The position numbers were made by a program, and so were the translations under genes. The notes under the pieces were generated by a model. It was not told the origin of the DNA. It did not search any database and saw only the letters and a program-made list of their open reading frames with translations. From IMG/VR virus record IMGVR_UViG_3300043039_000075, positions 1-25,002 of that record: a stretch of 25,002 nucleotides of DNA. One strand, 5' to 3'. Numbering within the stretch: the stretch's first letter is position 1; the number at the start of each line of letters is the position of its first letter. Below, piece after piece: positions 17,524 to 25,002 of the stretch. This DNA comes from a virus. Its lineage: Duplodnaviria; Caudoviricetes.

Positions 17524-18144
17524 ATGGCAAAAAAAACTAAGTCTGATGTAGGATTTGCGGTAGCAGGTTCACTGATGAATATAATAATAGGTGGTCAAGT
17601 GTCGGCTTCCAAAGGTAAGTATGCTTTAGAACAATCAAAAAAGTTAGAAGAACTTTATAATTACAATAAAAAAGAATTGAAAGAAACTTACGAGCAAAAT
17701 TGGTATAAAAATAATTTTGCATTTATAGATCAGAAAACAAAAGTTATTAATCAAGCTATTCAAGTTGAGAGTGACTTTTTAGGTCAAATTGGAATGGTTA
17801 CAGGAGCTTATAATATATCGGGTAGTTCTTATGTTAATGACACTAAGCAAGAATTAAAAAATGATCTTAGTTCTAATATATCAACTTTAGATTTTAATAA
17901 ACAACAACAAGACGAAAGTAATGTAGAACAATATAATCAATCGACTTATAAATTAGCAGAAAGCTTAGCTAGTCAAAATGAGGCCCTTTCTGATAATTAC
18001 AAACAAGTACTAGAGCAAAATAAAGCTAATACTTTTTCTCAATTAGCAGGTGCAGGAAAAGCAGTAGGTGAATATTATGTTGATAATTATTACAAAGATA
18101 AATCAATTACAAAAAATGAAGTAGATAAATACAAGATTAAATAG
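17524..18144 (+). CDS. Internal virion (ejection) protein, T7 gp14-like
   Basis: 206 aa; hydrophobic Gly/Ala N-terminus, 'ISGSS' motif, helical; synteny. Confidence 0.65.
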   Translation: MAKKTKSDVGFAVAGSLMNIIIGGQVSASKGKYALEQSKKLEELYNYNKKELKETYEQNWYKNNFAFIDQKTKVINQAIQVESDFLGQIGMVTGAYNISGSSYVNDTKQELKNDLSSNISTLDFNKQQQDESNVEQYNQSTYKLAESLASQNEALSDNYKQVLEQNKANTFSQLAGAGKAVGEYYVDNYYKDKSITKNEVDKYKIK

Positions 18145-18152
18145 GAGGAATT

Positions 18153-20117
18153 ATGTCTGAAATATTAAAAAAAATCGCTAATAGTATGCCAAATTTAAAA
18201 AATATGAATATAGATTTAAAATTAAAAGGTGAAACTCCTAACATTCTAGCACTACAAGGAATGTTAAATATCGGCCAAAAGATGTATGAAACTAAAGAAG
18301 ATGTGATTCAAGAGCAATTATCTACCAACTTTAAAATAGAAGATATGGAGTTCCAAAAGGAATGGTTGAGTGATCCTTTAAAACTTAGGGATGAAGATTT
18401 TAGGAAACAAATGCTAGATTCTAAAAATAGTTTGATAGGCAAACAACAAAAAACAATTAGTGATTCTGATTTATCCAAAGAAAATAGAGAAGCCTTAATT
18501 AACAAATTTAAATTAGAATCTGAAAATTCTCTTTTTAGCATGAGTAAAATTTTGATTGAACAGGAAAATGCCGTAGAACTAGAAAAAAGAGTATCGTTAT
18601 TTTCTACTGCTAAGATGTTGGTAAATTCTCCCACATCCAATATAGAGGAGAGAACAGGAAATTTAAAAAGAATGAGGCAAAGTGCGGATTTATTAAAACC
18701 TTTCAAAACTAAAGAAGAAATAAACAATATGAAAGTTACTGGTTTTTTAGAGGGTGCTATAAAACAAGATATGTATGATTTTGAAAAATCAATTTCTAAT
18801 CCATTATTAACTAAAAAGGATAAACTGGAAACTTTAAAAAAATATAGATCTACTTTTGCAAGCAAAGAAAATATAAACGGATTGGTAGAACAAGCATCAG
18901 ATGTGATGGGTGTTGACTCTAAGGATGCTAGATTGTTAATTGAAGCTAGTAAAAATGATGTGCTATTAAAAATTGATGCTAAAACTGAGGGATTTTTAGA
19001 ACTTATAGAAAAGCAAGAAATAACAAATGCTAAAAAAAGAAAAACTGAACAGGATGCTATGGAAATTGAAAGATTGAAAGTTCAAATAGAAGAAAAAAAA
19101 TTAACCAACAGTAAATTGAAAGATCTTAGGACAGATGATGGAAGTATAAACACATCAGTTCAAGCTAATAATGAACTTAGAGCCTATAACATTTCTACTG
19201 GTATTAATATAACTCCTGCTCAAATGTTTTCTGATCCTGTTAAAGTAAAAAATGCTTACGGTGTTTCAATGAACCAAATAGCTAATCAAGATAAAGGCCC
19301 TTTTAAATCTATAAATGTAATAGATGATAGGATAATAGGCCAGTATAGCCAACAAATGATTAAGGTAAAATTAGATGGTGGGACAGAAGCAGACATACTT
19401 GACCAAGTTATTTATCCTATGTTAGAAAATCAATTAGGTGATGATGAAGATGCAAAAGAGATTGCTCTAAGATCAATTTCTCAAAATGGTATTATTAAAG
19501 ACGATAGAATTATTCAAATGAAGCAAAATAAAATTGATGCGGACACTGTTGGAAGTTATGCTAGGAATATGAATTTAGCCTCTAATGTAAAAAGTAAAGC
19601 TTCAACTCTTAATTTTATAAATGGGAGAACTGATGGAGGAATAACGGGCGAACTTTCTAAGATGATGGTCATTTATAATGATGATGGTTCTATAAATTAT
19701 GGTGCTACTGATGATCTAAAATTTAATTTAACTGGAATGGTAACAAATGGAACTTTGCCTTTCCCCGAAGATGGTTCTATAAAAATAATTGATATGGCTA
19801 GGGCCTATAATTCTAATAAAGTTTTGTGGGATAACAAAATAAAAGAGCAAAAAAATCTTATTAAAAATTATCCAGTAAGAGAATTTGAAAGAGTTCATAT
19901 TAACAATGAACATTTATATATGAATAATAACATAAGAATAAATGAAGATCCTAAATATACAGAAGATATAATTTTAAAAGCAGGTGGGAATGTAAGAGCA
20001 ATTGAAGTTAAAGCAGGAAATATACAATATAAAGAAAGGACTCCAGTAGTAGAGAAACCAATTGTAGAACAAGAAGGCCCTAAAACGAAATTGAACTTAA
20101 ATAAGTTCTATAACTAG
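18153..20117 (+). CDS. Putative internal virion protein (T7 gp15 position)
   Basis: 654 aa helical ORF with SD AGGAGG; size and position only. Confidence 0.55.
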   Translation: MSEILKKIANSMPNLKNMNIDLKLKGETPNILALQGMLNIGQKMYETKEDVIQEQLSTNFKIEDMEFQKEWLSDPLKLRDEDFRKQMLDSKNSLIGKQQKTISDSDLSKENREALINKFKLESENSLFSMSKILIEQENAVELEKRVSLFSTAKMLVNSPTSNIEERTGNLKRMRQSADLLKPFKTKEEINNMKVTGFLEGAIKQDMYDFEKSISNPLLTKKDKLETLKKYRSTFASKENINGLVEQASDVMGVDSKDARLLIEASKNDVLLKIDAKTEGFLELIEKQEITNAKKRKTEQDAMEIERLKVQIEEKKLTNSKLKDLRTDDGSINTSVQANNELRAYNISTGINITPAQMFSDPVKVKNAYGVSMNQIANQDKGPFKSINVIDDRIIGQYSQQMIKVKLDGGTEADILDQVIYPMLENQLGDDEDAKEIALRSISQNGIIKDDRIIQMKQNKIDADTVGSYARNMNLASNVKSKASTLNFINGRTDGGITGELSKMMVIYNDDGSINYGATDDLKFNLTGMVTNGTLPFPEDGSIKIIDMARAYNSNKVLWDNKIKEQKNLIKNYPVREFERVHINNEHLYMNNNIRINEDPKYTEDIILKAGGNVRAIEVKAGNIQYKERTPVVEKPIVEQEGPKTKLNLNKFYN

Positions 20118-20128
20118 GAGGGAAAAAG

Positions 20129-23100
20129 ATGTATATAGATAGTCAAGGGAACGAAATAAAAAACATGAGAGCAACTGAAAAAATGTATAATGAGATCATA
20201 GGAAAAACTGTTGAGTTGGGATTAATGAAAGGTGGAGAAATGGCCAAATCTTTGGCTAAGGCTACAGTTGATCCTTTAAGAGGTTTTAATGATAATGGAG
20301 AGCTTACGGATGGTCAAACTTTGATAAAAAATCAAAGGAAAGAAATAGATGAAATATATAAAAGTTATGGTCGACAACCTAACCTTTTGGATGGTTTTTT
20401 TCTTGGAGCAATAGAGTCTTTTTCTAATCCAATAGAAGTTGGAGCAGGTTTACTAAGTGGTGGAGTTATGTCCGGTATGGGCCTAGGAGTGGTTAAAACT
20501 ATATTGGGTGAAGGGGCTATTGATTTAGTTTATGATAATCTACAAACTAAACAAACTGAAAATAGATGGCCTACATTGGAAGAAAATATGACAAATTTAT
20601 TAGTCAATCTAGGATTCCAAGGTGCATCTGCTTTAGTTAAAAAAAGTGGTTTTACTTCACCAATGGAACAGATGACAGAAATTAATAAAAATCCAAAAGG
20701 AATAGATGCAAAAGAAGTTAATATCCAAAAAACCATTGAAGAAACTTATGATAATCTTACAGGTATTGAAGGAAGCTACTCTGCAGAAATTAGAATCAAT
20801 AGCGGAGATCACACAACTTTTTTACAACAACATAATAAAACTCAATTAGAATATAATAAAAATATAGAAATGATTAAGGCTAAGGAATTAGAATTAAAAG
20901 CTATTAACGATCAACTTGGTGTTGATGTAAAACTTACTAAAGATGGAGTCAAAGAATACAAAGACAGTAAAATGTACAAAGAGTATGAGGAAGTTTTCAC
21001 TAAGAAGAAAGCATTTGTAGAACAAGAAATTCAAAATTTAAAAAATAATAATAAAGACTTAGGAATTGAAACTAAACCTCATATTAAAGTTATGAGTGAG
21101 AACTTGCATACTTTTATGACTGATTATAATGAGAAATTAAAAATAAGAGAAAACGCAGTTTCAGATCTAGCTACAAAATTAAATATAAACCCTAGTCAAG
21201 CGGATAAAATGTATGGTAAAAAAGTTAGTTTTGATGACACCGCAATTGAAAATATAGTTTTAAAAGTTGACTCTAAATATCAACAAGATATTAGGCAGGC
21301 CCATAGACAATATAATATTCTATTAGGTGAAAATGTTAATGACTTTATAAAATCTGATAAATTTAGTGGGAACACTTATGAATATGGTGATCTTATTTAT
21401 GGAGGATTATATGAACTTGAGAATGACAAAAATGTGGCTAGATTATTAAAACAGGCCGATATAGATAACTCAATTATATATAATAGATCTCGTGGTGGTG
21501 ATGGTGGAAAACTAGCTACAATAGTTGACAAAAGAAAAGTTATGAGAGATTTTAACAGTGGTTTTATAAATGATGATGTTAAAATTAATGGTGAGAATAG
21601 TACCATTAAATTTGAATCTTATGCTAATGATGTTGTACCCGAAGGATTCAGAGGTAAAATTAAAAAAACTAAAATTGTCAATGGGAAAGAAGTTCCCGTA
21701 AAAGTTAAAACAGTTCCTAGAGAAGAATATGCAGAAATGATTATCAATAAAGATACATGGCCCGAATTTAAAAAGAAACTCAGTGATATAACAAAATCTA
21801 ATCCAGTTGGTGCACATCATGTAGAGGCTATGTATTCTAAAAAAAGAAGGGAATTTATACAGGCCCACAAAGATAATATCTCTAAACAAACACTTGTAGA
21901 ACATGGAGCAGAAGTAACACCCGAAAATATAAAAAAATTATCTGATCAGATGGATATGAAAAAATTAGAAAAAGATGGAAATATAATTACTGATGAAGTT
22001 AATGAAAAAATCCATGATGAAATATATCATGATGTTGCAGTGGATATGCACACAATGATGAGTGATATTTCTAATTCAAGATTATCTGAGAGAGGCAAGA
22101 CAAATATTGAAACTATGGGTATAGATCAAATAGCAAAAAACTATCCTATCTTTGGAGGGGAAAATTTCTTTTTCCATACTCCTTATAGAAAAAATAACAT
22201 GGAAATAATAACAGATATTTATAATAATACTGCTCATAGGGCTTCAATGCTACAAAACTATGGTGAAGTTGATGGATTTAAAATAAGAGAGGATTTTAAA
22301 AAAGACTTTAGGGATGTATTGGAGAGTGAGAATTTCTCAAATCGAACCTTGAACCAAGATGTAGAACAAGATATTTTCTTGAATGAAACCAATGAAATTT
22401 TTGGAAGATTAGTTGATGATGTCATGTTGAAAAATTCAAATAAAATAACTTCGGGACAAAAAATATTTGATGGGGCATTAAATTTAGTTAGATGGAAGGT
22501 TATGGCGGGATCGGGAATTACAGAGTTTATAACAAATCCAACTATGGTAGATGTAAGAATGTCAAAATATGCTAATATTAATTCTATTTTAGCACTTAGT
22601 CAAACAGGACAAGGGATAGCAAATGCAGATAGTAAATACATTGCTAGGGCCGCAATTCAAGTTGTGGATGCAAAATCTAAAGGAAATTTAAGTAGTGGAA
22701 AAAGTAAGATGGAAAAATTCGACAACTTCAAAGAAAATGTAAATGACTATGGATATATATTCCAAGAAAAATCTGATGTAATGACTCAGATGTTAGCTCA
22801 TGCAAGTATCACAAAAATGATGAATGAGTTACCAGTTGATTTTAGTCTTAACTCAAATGAAGTTATTGATGCTTTGAGAAGATCGGGAGTAAATATTGAA
22901 AATTATGCAGATTTTAGAAAATATTCTAAGGCCCATATAGAGGGCAACGGGACTTATTTAGATCCTAACCAGTTAACAGACATTGAACACTTTGGAAGCG
23001 GTGAGGATCAAATTAAGGCGGGTAAAATGAGGGCCTTTTATAATGATGTGTTCTTTGATGTTGGATCTCCTGTTAATAGAAAAAAAGTTATGAGTATTGG

Positions 23101-24028
23101 TAAAGGAAATGTGAATAAAATGCAAATGACTTTCAGAGGATGGTCTAGGTCTATGGGAGATCAAGGTCTTAAAAGGATGTTATACGCTAAGAATGGAAGA
23201 GGGGCTTTAGTTGGAAGAGCTAGTAAGGAAGGATTGGGCCTTACTTATTCAGAAACTAAAAAGAAAATTTCTAATAACTTTGGATCTTCAATAGTTAGTG
23301 CAGGAATTGCATTGACTACTGGAATTGCTAATCAACAAGCATGGAATTATCTGTATGGTGATGTAACCTTCGCAGAAGCTATTGCAGTTATGAAAGCTAA
23401 GTCCGAGCAAATGAAAGAAGCTTATAATAACGAGAAGTGGGGGCAGTTAACTAAAGAAATTGTTCTACCTGCTATTTTAGAAAATTCGGGAGTTTCAATT
23501 TTATCTGATGGAGGTTATTCTTTTGATAATGAATTTAAAAATGTGTGGGGGGCTATATTTCCTTACATGGATGATGATTTAAAACTTAAAGGTGAAAATG
23601 TTTCAGAAGGATTAAAAGCTACTGCTAAGTATGGATCAGAAATTATCTTTGGAACTAAAATAAGAAGGTTTGCTAATAAGCTAGCTAATAAAACACCTTT
23701 CTTGGATGAGAGGTTAAACTCTACTCATTTGAAAGGGGAGGATGAATTGTTCTACTTGTGGCAAGGTTTTCAAAAAGAAGATACTTATGACCAAAAGGAA
23801 ATGGATAAAACTTATAGGATGGCTAATGTTGTCCAACGTGGGCCTGTTGAAATAACGGATGAAACTATGGAAGTGTATAACCAAATAAACAAGAAGTTAA
23901 AATTTACTACGAGCGAGGAACAGGAAAAGAAAAAGGAGTTACAATTTATGATGGATAGCGCTACTAATGGGGAGGAGTTACTGTATTACCTAGGTGAAAG
24001 ATGGGGGATCTCAGAGGACGATCTGTAA
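20129..24028 (+). CDS. Large putative internal virion protein (T7 gp16 position)
   Basis: 1299 aa; Gly-rich hydrophobic patches near both ends; last gene of the late block; no catalytic motif recognised. Confidence 0.55.
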   Translation: MYIDSQGNEIKNMRATEKMYNEIIGKTVELGLMKGGEMAKSLAKATVDPLRGFNDNGELTDGQTLIKNQRKEIDEIYKSYGRQPNLLDGFFLGAIESFSNPIEVGAGLLSGGVMSGMGLGVVKTILGEGAIDLVYDNLQTKQTENRWPTLEENMTNLLVNLGFQGASALVKKSGFTSPMEQMTEINKNPKGIDAKEVNIQKTIEETYDNLTGIEGSYSAEIRINSGDHTTFLQQHNKTQLEYNKNIEMIKAKELELKAINDQLGVDVKLTKDGVKEYKDSKMYKEYEEVFTKKKAFVEQEIQNLKNNNKDLGIETKPHIKVMSENLHTFMTDYNEKLKIRENAVSDLATKLNINPSQADKMYGKKVSFDDTAIENIVLKVDSKYQQDIRQAHRQYNILLGENVNDFIKSDKFSGNTYEYGDLIYGGLYELENDKNVARLLKQADIDNSIIYNRSRGGDGGKLATIVDKRKVMRDFNSGFINDDVKINGENSTIKFESYANDVVPEGFRGKIKKTKIVNGKEVPVKVKTVPREEYAEMIINKDTWPEFKKKLSDITKSNPVGAHHVEAMYSKKRREFIQAHKDNISKQTLVEHGAEVTPENIKKLSDQMDMKKLEKDGNIITDEVNEKIHDEIYHDVAVDMHTMMSDISNSRLSERGKTNIETMGIDQIAKNYPIFGGENFFFHTPYRKNNMEIITDIYNNTAHRASMLQNYGEVDGFKIREDFKKDFRDVLESENFSNRTLNQDVEQDIFLNETNEIFGRLVDDVMLKNSNKITSGQKIFDGALNLVRWKVMAGSGITEFITNPTMVDVRMSKYANINSILALSQTGQGIANADSKYIARAAIQVVDAKSKGNLSSGKSKMEKFDNFKENVNDYGYIFQEKSDVMTQMLAHASITKMMNELPVDFSLNSNEVIDALRRSGVNIENYADFRKYSKAHIEGNGTYLDPNQLTDIEHFGSGEDQIKAGKMRAFYNDVFFDVGSPVNRKKVMSIGKGNVNKMQMTFRGWSRSMGDQGLKRMLYAKNGRGALVGRASKEGLGLTYSETKKKISNNFGSSIVSAGIALTTGIANQQAWNYLYGDVTFAEAIAVMKAKSEQMKEAYNNEKWGQLTKEIVLPAILENSGVSILSDGGYSFDNEFKNVWGAIFPYMDDDLKLKGENVSEGLKATAKYGSEIIFGTKIRRFANKLANKTPFLDERLNSTHLKGEDELFYLWQGFQKEDTYDQKEMDKTYRMANVVQRGPVEITDETMEVYNQINKKLKFTTSEEQEKKKELQFMMDSATNGEELLYYLGERWGISEDDL

Positions 24029-24133
24029 AACTACATACCAACCGTGTAGAAGGAGCAAACTTAGTTTTAATCTTTTGACCTAAGGTTTAGAGCCGAATCC
24101 GTGATGAGGCCTGCCACCTTTAGTGGCATTCCT

Positions 24134-24190
24134 TTGACCTTGAACTTGACTTTGACCTTGAACTTGAACTTCTAACTTTAAGATTTAACC
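24134..24190 (+). repeat. Tandem hexamer array TTGA(C/A)(C/T) x6 plus 3 degenerate heptamers
   Basis: TTGACC TTGAAC TTGACT TTGACC TTGAAC TTGAAC TTCTAAC TTTAAGA TTTAACC. Confidence 0.9.
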
Positions 24191-24338
24191 TTAATATAGA
24201 AGAAAAATATTATAACAATCAATAAATTATAGGAATATTATTTTAACTTTTTTACATAACTCTGTGTTGGTGGGGTTTGGTTTTGGGGTGGTGAATTGCT
24301 TCAGCAAGAGGAGGGGGGTTTTTCCCCTCCTTTTAATA

Positions 24339-24560
24339 TATTACCTTAGACTGTAAGGATAAGATGACATCATTATCTTTTTTTACTTATTTAACCGTGT
24401 TGGATATCTCACGGATAACAAAGTCCTCTTATCCTTAAAGTCTAAAACACTATTTAAAAACCTTTTAAAAGATATTTTAGGGAAGGTGAATGCTTGAAAA
24501 AGCAGAGGAAGGGAAAGTTCCTCTAATGTATTACCTTAGACTGTAAGGATAAGATGACAT
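24339..24560 (+). repeat. 32-bp exact direct repeat (24339-24370, 24529-24560) with an inverted 19-bp partial copy at 24427-24445
   Basis: TATTACCTTAGACTGTAAGGATAAGATGACAT occurs twice; TCTTATCCTTAAAGTCTAA is an 18/19 reverse-complement match. Confidence 0.95.
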
Positions 24561-24651
24561 TATAAAAAATGTTTTTGGTGGTGGGTGGTAAGGGGGGTGA
24601 ATTGCGTAGCAAGAGGGGGAAGGGGGTGGGCTTCCCCCTCTCCGATTTTTC

Positions 24652-24683
24652 AAAAAAAAAAGGACTTTTAAAGGTCCTTTTTT
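24652..24683. terminator. Bidirectional intrinsic terminator
   Basis: A10-GGAC-TTTTAAAG-GTCC-T7 abutting the stop of the minus-strand gene. Confidence 0.75.
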
Positions 24684-24972
24684 AAAATAATTTTCCATCT
24701 TTAAATTTTATCTCATGGCCTTTTGACCATTCCAAAATATACTCTATAAATTTTTGATAATTATTTAAATACCTAATTGTTAGTTTAACATTTTCAAAAT
24801 TCGGTAGGCTGCACTTATGTTTTTTATCGTAACTAAATTTTATATTATTTTTCTCGATATAATCAAGGGTGTTATACCAATTTTCAACCGCTTTATTTTT
24901 TAACATCTTTTGCAAAAACCCAATTAAATCCATGAGCCGTTTTTGCTTTTCCGTTACATACTCTCGATACAT
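24682..24972 (-). CDS. Hypothetical protein, last gene of a convergent block
   Basis: 96 aa ORF with A-rich coding-strand bias, ending at a terminator. Confidence 0.7.
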   Translation of the reverse strand: MYREYVTEKQKRLMDLIGFLQKMLKNKAVENWYNTLDYIEKNNIKFSYDKKHKCSLPNFENVKLTIRYLNNYQKFIEYILEWSKGHEIKFKDGKLF

Positions 24973-25002
24973 TCCCTTGATTAAAACCTGCTTCTTTTAT
25001 CT

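Larger units (their letters stand above)
1..24972. mobile_element. Tailed phage/prophage region with podovirus-type morphogenesis genes
   Basis: Terminase end, portal, scaffold, capsid, tail fibre, endolysin, tail tubular A/B-like and three large internal-virion-like ORFs, co-oriented and tightly packed with strong SD sites. No host housekeeping genes are present, so free phage versus prophage cannot be decided. Confidence 0.93.

Noticed and set aside
1744-23164. Minus-strand ORFs overlapping + genes (1744, 4713, 6344, 7587, 7609, 7968, 10877, 11313, 12003, 17537, 18308, 19728, 20530, 21397, 21512, 22973)
   Set aside because: Shadow ORFs antisense to well-supported genes, with the Ser/Phe/Leu-rich composition expected from reverse-complemented coding DNA.
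20129-24028. Virion RNA polymerase or lytic transglycosylase in the 1299-aa protein
   Set aside because: No polymerase (DxDGD, or T7-type Rx3Kx7YG with the other motifs) or transglycosylase (ES..., GLMQ) signature could be recognised by eye.
24098-24135. Hammerhead ribozyme (TGATGAG core-like)
   Set aside because: Reads GTGATGAG rather than CTGATGAG, and no GAAA follows a stem II.
24334-24560. CRISPR array from the 32-37 bp direct repeat
   Set aside because: Only two copies, about 155 bp apart, with structured intervening DNA and no cas genes in the window.
1-25002. Stop-codon reassignment (no accepted gene ends in TGA)
   Set aside because: All genes are intact under the standard code and TAG is used as a real stop before SDs and terminators; low TGA use is ordinary in AT-rich genomes.

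Overview
AT-rich (roughly 28-30% GC by eye) segment of a tailed dsDNA phage or prophage with podovirus-type (T7/BPP-1-like) virion genes, almost all on the + strand. Order: C-terminal end of terminase large subunit; about 12 small accessory genes (dimeric dUTPase, Zn-ribbon and membrane mini-proteins, RusA); portal; an independently transcribed SF2 helicase; scaffold and major capsid; mosaic tail fibre module; M15 endolysin, DUF1353 and holin-like genes; tail tubular A/B; three internal virion proteins. A ~620 bp non-coding, highly structured region follows, then a convergent minus-strand gene. No RNA polymerase, integrase, reverse transcriptase, tRNA or CRISPR array is visible. Two signals stand out. 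(1) The hexamer AGGCCC/GGGCCT is strongly over-represented (39 hand-counted copies against about 1 expected), sits in all reading frames and forms the stem of five + strand terminators. (2) At 24.27-24.64 kb there is a triplicated 'G/T-tract - GGTGAA - hairpin - hairpin' module with compensatory changes, plus direct and inverted 19-37 bp repeats and a nearby hexamer array. Product calls come from motif recognition and synteny only; no database search was run.
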